Assembly: GCA_964634005.1 (NCBI GenBank)
Contig: CAZWKQ010000004.1
Location: 42,105 to 106,104 of the forward strand
Length of the DNA stretch: 64,000 nt
Source: an uncultured Bacteroides sp.
GTDB taxonomy: Bacteria > Bacteroidota > Bacteroidia > Bacteroidales > JACABE01
Direction: 5' to 3'
In this document: positions 30,664 to 39,821 of the stretch, piece by piece
Layout: each line of letters begins with the position of its first letter
Numbering within the stretch: position 1 is the first letter of the stretch
The notes under the pieces: model-generated
What the model was told of the DNA's origin: nothing
Database searches by the model: none
Seen by the model: only the letters and a program-made list of their open reading frames with translations
Position numbers and translations under genes: made by a program

Positions 30664-30969
30664 ATGGCAGTACAATCGAAAAAAGTAATAACCGTCAAAA
30701 ATAATCAAAATACTAAAAGTACAACACAAAAGACAAAAGAGAAACCACAATTAGATTTTGCATTTGGGAAAATTAATTATCAATTGCTTATACTTGGGGT
30801 TGCTTTTCTGCTTGTAGGATATATATTAATGATAGGAGGTGGCTCTGACGACCCAAATGTATTCAGCGATAAAATATTCAATTTCCAAAGACTTACATTA
30901 GCCCCTATCCTTTTAATTATAGGCTTTGTAATAGAGGTTTTTGCCATTATGATTAAGCCTAAAGATTAG
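30664..30969 (+). CDS. DUF3098-family small membrane protein
   Basis: 101 aa with two TM helices. The position between ftsX and uppP matches the Bacteroidota synteny I recall for DUF3098. Confidence 0.55.
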   Translation: MAVQSKKVITVKNNQNTKSTTQKTKEKPQLDFAFGKINYQLLILGVAFLLVGYILMIGGGSDDPNVFSDKIFNFQRLTLAPILLIIGFVIEVFAIMIKPKD

Positions 30970-30973
30970 AGTT

Positions 30974-31753
30974 ATGACAATATTCGAAGCCGTCATAATT
31001 GCAATAGTTGAGGGTATTACGGAGTTTTTGCCCATATCTTCGACCGGACACATGATTATTACCGAAAAAATTCTCGGATTAGAAAGCACTGAATTTTTAA
31101 AAGCATTTACGGTCAACATTCAGTTTGGTGCCATACTATCTGTTATTGTTTTATATTGGAAAAGGTTTTTCCAAACATTAGATTTTTATTACAAACTTTT
31201 TATTGCTTTTATTCCGGCAATGGTTATAGGCTTTTTATTGGGAGATATTATCGATAAAATGCTTGAAAGTGTGATAGTTGTTGCTATTTCACTATTGCTT
31301 GGAGGAATTGTTCTATTATTTGTAGATAAATGGTTTAATAAACCGTCAGAAGATCAAAAAATAAGCTATTCAACAGCATTTAAAATCGGATTGATACAAT
31401 GTATATCAATGATACCGGGAGTTTCACGCTCTGCTGCAACTATTATCGGAGGTATGTCTCAAAAACTGAACAGGAAAACAGCCGCAGAATTCTCATTCTT
31501 CCTTGCAGTTCCGACTATGTTTGCGGCATCTGCATATAAACTTTTAGAAAACTATAAGTCAATTCAAGCATCCGATATTGATATTTTGATAATCGGAAAT
31601 ATTGTAGCTTTTTTAGTTGCAATGTTAGCGATTAAAAGTTTTATTGCCTTCCTTACAAAATACGGGTTTAAAGCATTCGGCTATTACAGAATTATTTTAG
31701 GAGCTGTTATACTGCTTTTGTCTGCACTGGGTGTTCCATTATCAGTAATTTAA
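30974..31753 (+). CDS. uppP: Undecaprenyl-diphosphate phosphatase
   Basis: 259 aa BacA/UppP family protein ([25 protein letters not shown]). Confidence 0.93.
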   Translation: MTIFEAVIIAIVEGITEFLPISSTGHMIITEKILGLESTEFLKAFTVNIQFGAILSVIVLYWKRFFQTLDFYYKLFIAFIPAMVIGFLLGDIIDKMLESVIVVAISLLLGGIVLLFVDKWFNKPSEDQKISYSTAFKIGLIQCISMIPGVSRSAATIIGGMSQKLNRKTAAEFSFFLAVPTMFAASAYKLLENYKSIQASDIDILIIGNIVAFLVAMLAIKSFIAFLTKYGFKAFGYYRIILGAVILLLSALGVPLSVI

Positions 31754-31754
31754 A

Positions 31755-32465
31755 ATGGATATCAACAATTTAATTGAAGGCGAGTTAATTTTAATTGATA
31801 AACCTTACCGTTGGACATCGTTCGACGTAGTAAATCATTTAAGAAATATTATCAGGCGTAAACTTGGAATAAAAAAGATTAAAATAGGTCATGCCGGTAC
31901 ATTAGACCCTTTGGCAACCGGTTTATTAATTGTTTGTACCGGAAAATTCACAAAAAAAATTGAAGAACTCCAGTTCTTGGAAAAACAATATACAGGAAGT
32001 TTTACTATTGGAAAAACAACTCCTTCGTACGACTTGGAAAAAGAAATAGATAATGAATACGATTATTCTCATGTAACCGATGAAATGATTTATAATGCAG
32101 CAAATTCGTTTATAGGAGAAACTTATCAAATTCCTCCTGTGTTTTCAGCTGTAAAAATTAACGGGAAAAGAGCATACAAGTATGCCCGCGAAGAAGAAGA
32201 CATAAAACTTAAACCCAAAAAAATATTTATTTCTGAATTTGAAATAACTGAAATAAAATTACCCGAAGTTTATTTTAAAATAAACTGTAGCAAAGGCACT
32301 TACATAAGAGCAATAGCACGTGATTTCGGAAATCAACTCAAATGCGGAGCTTATCTTTCTTCACTTTGCAGAACTCGAATAGGGAATTACAAATTGGATG
32401 ACGCCTTTAAAATTGAAACCATTCAAGAAGTCTTTAATAGCACGTCAAATCAGGATTTGATTTAA
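31755..32465 (+). CDS. truB: tRNA pseudouridine(55) synthase
   Basis: 236 aa with the GHAGTLDPLATG catalytic Asp motif and QIPPVFSAVKING. Confidence 0.93.
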   Translation: MDINNLIEGELILIDKPYRWTSFDVVNHLRNIIRRKLGIKKIKIGHAGTLDPLATGLLIVCTGKFTKKIEELQFLEKQYTGSFTIGKTTPSYDLEKEIDNEYDYSHVTDEMIYNAANSFIGETYQIPPVFSAVKINGKRAYKYAREEEDIKLKPKKIFISEFEITEIKLPEVYFKINCSKGTYIRAIARDFGNQLKCGAYLSSLCRTRIGNYKLDDAFKIETIQEVFNSTSNQDLI

Positions 32466-32496
32466 CCCAAATTATACAATAAAAAAATTTTGGGTT
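32462..32496. terminator. Inverted repeat / bidirectional terminator carrying the TTAACCCAAATT module (copy C)
   Basis: The left arm TTAACCCAAATT (32462-32473) overlaps the truB stop codon. The right arm is AATTTTGGGTT (32486-32496). It lies between convergent truB and nadE. Confidence 0.6.
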
Positions 32497-32551
32497 TTAG
32501 CATTTAAAATACTCAAATAATTGTAAACCTACTATTACTTATCATTAACAA

Positions 32552-34177
32552 CTATATATACTTCCCTGCGATAGGCATTCTTCTGCCTAATCCGAATGCT
32601 TTTGAAGAAACTCTCAAAATTGGAGGAGTTTGTTTTCTTTTATATTCGCTATTATTAACCAAACTCAATGTTTTTGATACGACTTTTTTTTCAAATCCCA
32701 AATTTATCAACTCTTCGGGGCCTTTCTTTAATTCAATATAATTATACAGAATTTTATCGAGAATTTCATATTCAGGAAGCGAGTCGCTATCTTTCTGGTT
32801 CGGTCTGAGTTCGGCTGAAGGAGCTTTATCAATGATATTTTGCGGTATGATAGGTTTTATTCTATTAATAAAATTAGCAATTTCGTAAACTTGAGTTTTG
32901 TATAAATCGCCAATTACCGATAATCCTCCGCACATATCGCCATACAATGTTCCATAACCTACTGCAGCCTCGCTTTTATTGGAAGTATTAAGCAAAACAT
33001 AACCAAACTTGTTGCTAAAAGCCATAAGAATAACAGCACGAATTCGAGCCTGAAGATTCTCTTCGGTAATATCAAAAGATGTCCCTTTAAAAAAGTCAGT
33101 AAGTCCCGATAAAAAAGCGTTATAATAACTTTCAATATTTATTATTTCATAACTTACTTCTAAATTGGAAGCAAGAGCAACAGCATCGTCAACAGAATGG
33201 CTACTCGAAAACTGCGATGGTAATAATATAGCTTTTACATTTTCCTTTCCTAAAGCATCAACTGCCAAAACAAGCACCAATGCTGAATCTATTCCGCCCG
33301 ATAGTCCTATTATTGCTTTTTGCAAACCCATTTTTACGAAATAATCCTTGATGCCGAGTATTAATGCATCGTAAATAAATTCAGGCTTTGATTTATAAGG
33401 TTTTATGGTAGGTTTTACCAATTTATTTGTATCAACAACCCTAATCTCCTCTTTAAAATAATCTAACTCTTCACAAATATCGGCATATTTATTAATAACA
33501 AGTGAACCCCCGTCGAAAATCAGTTCAGTATTTGCACCTACCTGATTTACATAAAACAAAGGAATATTATATTTCGAAACATTCTGTTTTAATATTTTTT
33601 TTCTTTCGTCAATATGCTCATAATGAAATGGTGAAGCAGAAATATTGATAATAAAATCGGGCTTAAATTTAACAAGCTCCTCCATAGGTGAATATGGATA
33701 TAAGGATTCTTCACCTATATTCCATAATTCTTCGCAAATTGTCAATGCTAAACGATGATTCTTAAATTCAATAATATTTGAGGAGAGGCAAGGTTCGAAA
33801 TAACGATATTCATCAAAAATATCGTAATTAGGCAAAAGACTTTTATTATGAATTGATTGAATTTTGCCTTGATATAAAAATGCAGCAGAGTTGAATAAAG
33901 GCTTACCTTTGGGGTTGTTGTTTCGGGTAGGCAAGCCGACAATAGCAGCTATATCAACACACTCTTTTGCAATTAACTGTGTATAATTCAAACATTCGTC
34001 AATAAAATAGTCATATTCAAGAAAATCCAAAGGCGGGTAACCACAAACCGAAAGTTCAGAAAAAACTACCAAGTCACAACCATCGTTTTTGGCTTTTTTT
34101 ATTGCGTTTATAATTTTTTCAGTGTTAAACTTAAAATTTCCTATATGATAATTTAACTGTGCAAGTGCTATTTTCAT
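32552..34177 (-). CDS. nadE: Glutamine-dependent NAD+ synthetase
   Basis: 541 aa with an N-terminal CN-hydrolase (glutaminase) domain and a C-terminal NAD synthetase domain carrying the PP-loop GLSGGIDSALV. Confidence 0.92.
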   Translation of the reverse strand: MKIALAQLNYHIGNFKFNTEKIINAIKKAKNDGCDLVVFSELSVCGYPPLDFLEYDYFIDECLNYTQLIAKECVDIAAIVGLPTRNNNPKGKPLFNSAAFLYQGKIQSIHNKSLLPNYDIFDEYRYFEPCLSSNIIEFKNHRLALTICEELWNIGEESLYPYSPMEELVKFKPDFIINISASPFHYEHIDERKKILKQNVSKYNIPLFYVNQVGANTELIFDGGSLVINKYADICEELDYFKEEIRVVDTNKLVKPTIKPYKSKPEFIYDALILGIKDYFVKMGLQKAIIGLSGGIDSALVLVLAVDALGKENVKAILLPSQFSSSHSVDDAVALASNLEVSYEIINIESYYNAFLSGLTDFFKGTSFDITEENLQARIRAVILMAFSNKFGYVLLNTSNKSEAAVGYGTLYGDMCGGLSVIGDLYKTQVYEIANFINRIKPIIPQNIIDKAPSAELRPNQKDSDSLPEYEILDKILYNYIELKKGPEELINLGFEKKVVSKTLSLVNNSEYKRKQTPPILRVSSKAFGLGRRMPIAGKYI

Positions 34178-34197
34178 TTAAATAATTTTAATGTTGC

Positions 34198-34908
34198 TTA
34201 AAACAATATACCTACGGTCAACTCAAGCGAATTAACAATTGCATCTGCTCTGTTAAAAGGCGGAGTATTAGTCTTAAAATCAAAAGCATTGCTAAATCCG
34301 TTATTGAATGATATAGCTCCGAAAAAAGCAGTACTACCGCCAAGACTATACTCAAAACCTGCCGCTACTATCATCGATAGGCGAATAAAATTAACCTTAT
34401 CCTCAATATTGACATCAGTTTCGGTATTAGAAAAAGTTCTGGTTAATGATGTAAATTCATTATCAGCTTTTGCACTAAGTCTCATCCCAAACCCCATACC
34501 GATTTGTCCAAAATAAGTAGTATATCCGAACTGACGAGTCTTCATTTTTACCGAAACGGGTATTTCTACATATCTAAGATAATTGATTTGTTTCATAGTA
34601 CCTAAAATACTATCGGCTCCATTTATTTTATAAATGTATGGATAAACAATTTTCCCGCTCATAGAATTGACATTAAAACCGGTTGACATATAATATTTAT
34701 CGGCAAATTGAAAATCAGCAATAAAACCCCAAGAAAAATTAAACGGAACACTCTCGGAAGTAAAATATTGAGCATCAGGCTTAAACCATGAAATGTTTGG
34801 AGAAATCTTTGCTCCCAATGAAAGAGGAATATCATGTTTTTTTTGCGATAATACTATATTGGATATCAATACTAATATTAAAACTGCTCCGATTTTTATT
34901 TTATTCAT
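34198..34908 (-). CDS. Outer-membrane beta-barrel protein (PorT/porin-like family)
   Basis: 236 aa with a signal peptide, alternating hydrophobic beta-strand pattern and a C-terminal aromatic residue (TVGILF). Confidence 0.55.
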   Translation of the reverse strand: MNKIKIGAVLILVLISNIVLSQKKHDIPLSLGAKISPNISWFKPDAQYFTSESVPFNFSWGFIADFQFADKYYMSTGFNVNSMSGKIVYPYIYKINGADSILGTMKQINYLRYVEIPVSVKMKTRQFGYTTYFGQIGMGFGMRLSAKADNEFTSLTRTFSNTETDVNIEDKVNFIRLSMIVAAGFEYSLGGSTAFFGAISFNNGFSNAFDFKTNTPPFNRADAIVNSLELTVGILF

Positions 34909-34996
34909 ATCATAATAAATTTAAAAGTACTTAATACTAACGACATACTCATTTTAAGTATTTTAAGAAAAATTTAAGTTAAATACGATTTTTTTT

Positions 34997-35004
34997 TAAT
35001 TTTG
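34997..35004 (+). promoter_or_regulatory. -7 promoter box (TAATTTTG)
   Basis: Exact TAnnTTTG match 36 nt upstream of the ATG at 35041. Confidence 0.4.
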
Positions 35005-35040
35005 TACAAATTTACAACTAATCTTTAAAATCGGTTAAAT

Positions 35041-35676
35041 ATGAAAAAAATTATTATTACATTAGCGTTAGTAGCTGTTTTATCAAATGTAAAATCACAA
35101 TTGCCTTTCAATTTAGGTGTAAAAGTTGGATTTAACTCAACAAAAATGATTACTGAGTTGAAAAATGTAAATGATATTTCGGAAGAAGCAAAATTAGGTT
35201 ATCTTGCCGGAGCATTTGTAAGAATCAATTTACCGAAAATATACCTTCAGCCTGAGATTTATTATACAAAAAAAGCCGGTGATTACCAAACAGCAACTAT
35301 ACCACAATTTCAAAACCAAACTTTCACTCAAAAAACCATATTAAACAGCATTGATGTTCCTTTATTGATTGGGGTTAAACTGCTTGATTTGAAAGTTTCA
35401 AACATCAGACTTATGACAGGGCCGGTTGCTTCTTTCGTAACAAGTAAAGATGTCAATTATGAAGTAAACGGAATAAATATAGGAAGTTTGCCATCAACAG
35501 ATTTGGGGAAATATAACAATATAAATTGGGCAATTCAGGCTGGTGCCGGAATAGACGTAATGAATTTTACTCTGGATGTGCGTTATGAGTGGGGAATAAA
35601 CAACATTTCCGATGTTGCCGATATGAATGTAAAATCAAAATTGCTTAATGTCTCAATAGGGATGAAACTATTCTAA
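35041..35676 (+). CDS. Outer-membrane beta-barrel protein (PorT/porin-like family)
   Basis: 211 aa with a signal peptide, beta-strand periodicity and a C-terminal F (IGMKLF). It is divergent from a similar gene. Confidence 0.55.
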   Translation: MKKIIITLALVAVLSNVKSQLPFNLGVKVGFNSTKMITELKNVNDISEEAKLGYLAGAFVRINLPKIYLQPEIYYTKKAGDYQTATIPQFQNQTFTQKTILNSIDVPLLIGVKLLDLKVSNIRLMTGPVASFVTSKDVNYEVNGINIGSLPSTDLGKYNNINWAIQAGAGIDVMNFTLDVRYEWGINNISDVADMNVKSKLLNVSIGMKLF

Positions 35677-35689
35677 TCATTTTATTTTT

Positions 35690-36697
35690 ATGCAAAAAAA
35701 GTATAGCTATTATTTCCTTTTAGCTTCGTTTGCTATATTGTTGTTTGGTTGTAAGCCCGGGAAAAAAAAGGAATTTCCGGTTGATATCCCAAAAGACAGC
35801 ATTATCAGCGTCAATATTTACCGTTACGACAGTATTTTGATGAGTATTGACGTAAACAATCTGAAATCGGAAATAAAACGCTATAAACCTGATTATATGT
35901 TGTTTTTGGATACCGACCTTAACGATACTTTAAATCTTGTTAAATTATACAACTACATTTCCGATCCGGTTCTTCACGAAATATACGATGATGTAAACAA
36001 AACGTATCCAAACCTTAACAATTTAAAAAAACAACTATCCGACGCATTTACTCTGTTCAAATACCATTTTCCCGATAAGACTGTCCCGAAAGTATACACT
36101 TACCTTTCATTTCTCGATTACGAAAATAAAATTATATACCTCGATACAGTTATGGCTATTGCAATAGACATGTATTTGGGGAAAGATTATAAGATGTATC
36201 AATCGGTAAGAATTCCCAAATACTTGTCGTCGAGGCTCGACAGCAATTATATTGTGCCCGATGCCATGAAATCTATTGCAGAAAGTATATTAAATTTTCA
36301 AATAACAGGAAAAACTCTTCTTGATATTATGGTTTACAGAGGCAAAATTCTTTTCTTTTTAGATTCTGTTTTGCCTGAAGTTGCTGATAATATCAAAATT
36401 GGATATACACCTCAACAACTCGAATGGTGTATTAAAAATGAAGATAAAATATGGGCATTCCTAATCGAGAACAATTTGCTTTATAATAATGACTTTTATA
36501 AAATAAGACCTTTGATTACCGAAGCCCCATCAACAAAAGGATTTACAAACTCAGCCCCCCGAATGACAGATTGGATAGGTTGGCAGATAATTAAACAATT
36601 TCATTCAAACAACAAAAATATTAGTTTATCAAATCTATTAAAAGAAAACGATGCCCAAAAAATTTTAGAATTATCGAGATACAAACCAAAAAAATAA
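35690..36697 (+). CDS. gldB: Gliding-motility lipoprotein GldB-like
   Basis: 335 aa with a lipoprotein signal (LLFGC). The C-terminal half resembles GldB as I recall it (GYTPQQLEWC..NEDKIW.FLIEN.LLY, ending SRYKPKK). Proximity to nadE is the synteny I remember for gldB. Confidence 0.6.
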   Translation: MQKKYSYYFLLASFAILLFGCKPGKKKEFPVDIPKDSIISVNIYRYDSILMSIDVNNLKSEIKRYKPDYMLFLDTDLNDTLNLVKLYNYISDPVLHEIYDDVNKTYPNLNNLKKQLSDAFTLFKYHFPDKTVPKVYTYLSFLDYENKIIYLDTVMAIAIDMYLGKDYKMYQSVRIPKYLSSRLDSNYIVPDAMKSIAESILNFQITGKTLLDIMVYRGKILFFLDSVLPEVADNIKIGYTPQQLEWCIKNEDKIWAFLIENNLLYNNDFYKIRPLITEAPSTKGFTNSAPRMTDWIGWQIIKQFHSNNKNISLSNLLKENDAQKILELSRYKPKK

Positions 36698-36703
36698 ATA
36701 ATT

Positions 36704-38242
36704 ATGCTCGTAAAGACTTACGGAAGTGCAATTCACGGAGTTAATGCCATAACAATAACTGTTGAAGTAAATATTGATCAGGGTATAAATTTTTATATGG
36801 TCGGGCTTCCTGATAGTGCGGTAAAAGAAAGCCACCAACGTATAGAAGCATCATTAAAAAACATAGGGTATAAAATACCCGGAAAGAAAATTGTCGTCAA
36901 TATGGCTCCTGCCGATATACGAAAAGAAGGTTCGGCTTATGATTTAACCATTGCAATCGGGATATTAGCAGCATCAGGACAAATAAAAAGCGAAGAGATT
37001 GAAAAGTATATCATCATGGGTGAATTATCACTCGATGGTAGTCTTCAACCAATAAAGGGGGCATTACCAATTGCAATAGAAGCACAAAAACAAGGTTTCA
37101 AAGGAATTATACTTCCTAAAGCCAATGCAAGAGAAGCAGCAATAGTGTCACGATTGGAAGTTCTTGGAGTTGAAAATATTTTAGATGTAATTAAGTTTTT
37201 CAACAAAGAAATAGAACTTGAAAAGACCGAAATTAATACCAGAGATGAATTTTATAATAGTTTGAACGAGTATGAATTTGATTTTGCAGAAGTAAAAGGG
37301 CAGGAAAATATAAAAAGAGCTTTGGAAATAGCTGCAGCCGGAGGGCATAATGTCATACTTATAGGGCCTCCCGGAGCCGGTAAAACGATGCTTGCCAAAC
37401 GTTTACCGTCAATTCTGCCACCGCTTAATCTACATGAAGCATTAGAAACCACTAAGATACATTCTGTGGCCGGAAAAATGGGTAAAAACTCATCATTAAT
37501 ATCTGTACGACCATTTCGTTCACCTCATCATACTATTAGCGATGTAGCTCTTGTAGGAGGTGGTGGTAATCCTCAACCCGGCGAAATCTCACTTGCACAC
37601 AACGGAGTTTTATTCCTCGATGAACTACCCGAGTTTAAACGAACTGTGCTTGAAGTTTTGCGGCAACCCATGGAAGAAAGAATAATAAGTATTTCGCGAG
37701 CAAAAATGGCTGTAGAATATCCCGCAAATTTTATGCTTATCGCTGCCATGAACCCTTGCCCCTGCGGTTATTATAACCACCCCGAAACTCAATGTGTTTG
37801 TGCACCGGGAGTAGTTCAAAAGTATCTTAACAAAATTTCAGGACCTCTTTTGGATAGAATAGATATTCAAATTGAAGTTGTTCCTGTGCCTTTTAGAGAT
37901 TTATCTAAAAATATACTCGCTGAAAAAAGCGAAAAAATAAGAGAAAGAGTTGTAATTGCCCGACAAATACAGGAAAAACGCTTTTCGGGCAATAAGGGAG
38001 TTTTTACAAACTCACAAATGACAACAAAAATGCTAAAAGAATACTGTAAAATAGATGATTCGGGAATGTCATTATTAAAAACCGCAATGGAAAAATTGGG
38101 ATTATCAGCCAGAGCATACGACAGAATTTTAAAAGTATCAAGAACAATTGCCGATATCGAACAAAGTGAAAACATCAGAATTGAACATTTAGCCGAAGCT
38201 ATTCACTACCGAAGTCTCGATAAAGATAATTGGGGAAAATGA
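36704..38242 (+). CDS. comM: YifB/ComM-family Mg-chelatase-like AAA+ ATPase
   Basis: 512 aa with a Lon-protease-like N-domain, Walker A GPPGAGKTMLAKR, Walker B VLFLDELPEF and the C-terminal ChlI region. Confidence 0.88.
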   Translation: MLVKTYGSAIHGVNAITITVEVNIDQGINFYMVGLPDSAVKESHQRIEASLKNIGYKIPGKKIVVNMAPADIRKEGSAYDLTIAIGILAASGQIKSEEIEKYIIMGELSLDGSLQPIKGALPIAIEAQKQGFKGIILPKANAREAAIVSRLEVLGVENILDVIKFFNKEIELEKTEINTRDEFYNSLNEYEFDFAEVKGQENIKRALEIAAAGGHNVILIGPPGAGKTMLAKRLPSILPPLNLHEALETTKIHSVAGKMGKNSSLISVRPFRSPHHTISDVALVGGGGNPQPGEISLAHNGVLFLDELPEFKRTVLEVLRQPMEERIISISRAKMAVEYPANFMLIAAMNPCPCGYYNHPETQCVCAPGVVQKYLNKISGPLLDRIDIQIEVVPVPFRDLSKNILAEKSEKIRERVVIARQIQEKRFSGNKGVFTNSQMTTKMLKEYCKIDDSGMSLLKTAMEKLGLSARAYDRILKVSRTIADIEQSENIRIEHLAEAIHYRSLDKDNWGK

Positions 38243-38244
38243 TT

Positions 38245-38252
38245 TATTTTTG
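38245..38252 (+). promoter_or_regulatory. -7 promoter box (TATTTTTG) for the hybrid kinase gene
   Basis: Exact TAnnTTTG match 25 nt upstream of the ATG at 38278. Confidence 0.35.
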
Positions 38253-38277
38253 TTAACTAATTAGAAATAAAAATTTT

Positions 38278-39810
38278 ATGCATCAACAACAAAAAGTATT
38301 AATTGTTGACGACAGTAAAACAATAAATTATTCAATTTCGACTATTTTAAACGAAAATGGATTTCATGCTATTTCTGCATATTCAGCCGAAGAAGCATTT
38401 AATATAATTGAAAATGAGACATTTGATCTGATAATACTTGATATTGTTTTACCTGAAAAAAACGGGTTTCAATTTTGCAATACAATAAAACAACGTGAGA
38501 GATACAAAAATATCCCTGTAATTTTTATAACCGGAGTTTCGGATAAAGACAACATCTTACATGCTTTTGAATTAGGAGCAGTTGATTTTATTATTAAGCC
38601 TTTCGACCCTCGCGAACTTCTTGCAAGGGTTAAAACTCATCTTGAACTTAAAACTACAAAAGAAAGACTTGAAGAGGAAATTTCCTTACACAAACAAAAA
38701 GCTCAGGCATTGGAAGAAAGTGAAAGAAATTTCAGATTACTGTTCGAAAACATGTCTGACGGATTTATTGTCAATAAAGTTTTTTTCAATAAAGAAAAAG
38801 ATTTATACGATTTCAAAATAATAGCTGCCAATGATGCTTTTGCCAGAATAGTAGGTAATAATATCAACGAACTGATAGACACCAATATAAAAGATATTTT
38901 CCCCGACTTATCGGAATACAACGAAGATTTTCTAAAAATTGCCCTCAATGGTGGCAGTAAAAAATTTCAGTATTACTACGAAAAGGGAAACAAATATCTT
39001 AATATTTCGGTCTTTTTCTCTAAATACGGTCAATTTGCTGCAGTAATAGAGGATGTTACTCAACAAAAAACAGCAGAGATTGAACTTCAGAAATCCGAAC
39101 AACAACTCAAAGAGCTTAATGCGACCAAGGATAAGTTTTTTTCGATAATAGCACACGATTTAAGAAGTCCTTTTACAAGTATTATAGGACTTTCGGAAAT
39201 ACTCGCCAACGACAGCGATATTGAACTCGAACAGTGTAAAGAGTTTTCATCATTAATTTATCAATCAGCCCGAAAAACATATATGCTCGTAGAAAATCTG
39301 CTTCTATGGGCAAGGTCACAAACAAGTAAAATAAAAAACGAACCGCATGAGTTTATACTAAAAGAAATTATTGGAATCGTCATAAGTCAAATTCAGGAAG
39401 AAGCTCAAGCTAGAAAAATTAAGATATTTGACAATATCAGTAACGAAATAATAGTTTATGCCGATTTTGATATGCTGACTATAGTACTGCGAAATTTAAT
39501 ATCCAATGCTGTAAAATACAATAAGGAAGGAGGCGAAGTAAAAATTGATGCAATTTATGGTGATAATAAAACAATTATTTCGGTATGTGATACAGGTGCC
39601 GGTTTAAAAGAAGACGAGATTTCAAGTTTGTTCAGATTGGACGTTAATAAAATTATGATTGGCGGAAATAATCAAGAGGAAAAAGGAAGCGGACTCGGAC
39701 TTATACTTTGTAAGGATTTTGTTTCAAAGATGAATGGAACAGTAGAAGTCGAAAGCGAAATCGGTAAAGGAAGTTGCTTTAAGATCTCGCTTCCGACCAA
39801 AGAGTCTTGA
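38278..39810 (+). CDS. Hybrid two-component protein: N-terminal receiver + PAS + HisKA/HATPase histidine kinase
   Basis: 510 aa. It has a REC domain (LIILDIVLPEKNG, KPF), a coiled linker and a PAS-like region. It also has an H-box (FSIIAHDLRSPF) and N/G boxes (NLISNAVKYN, DTGAGL, GSGLGL). Confidence 0.85.
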   Translation: MHQQQKVLIVDDSKTINYSISTILNENGFHAISAYSAEEAFNIIENETFDLIILDIVLPEKNGFQFCNTIKQRERYKNIPVIFITGVSDKDNILHAFELGAVDFIIKPFDPRELLARVKTHLELKTTKERLEEEISLHKQKAQALEESERNFRLLFENMSDGFIVNKVFFNKEKDLYDFKIIAANDAFARIVGNNINELIDTNIKDIFPDLSEYNEDFLKIALNGGSKKFQYYYEKGNKYLNISVFFSKYGQFAAVIEDVTQQKTAEIELQKSEQQLKELNATKDKFFSIIAHDLRSPFTSIIGLSEILANDSDIELEQCKEFSSLIYQSARKTYMLVENLLLWARSQTSKIKNEPHEFILKEIIGIVISQIQEEAQARKIKIFDNISNEIIVYADFDMLTIVLRNLISNAVKYNKEGGEVKIDAIYGDNKTIISVCDTGAGLKEDEISSLFRLDVNKIMIGGNNQEEKGSGLGLILCKDFVSKMNGTVEVESEIGKGSCFKISLPTKES

Positions 39811-39821
39811 TTTATAATGGT

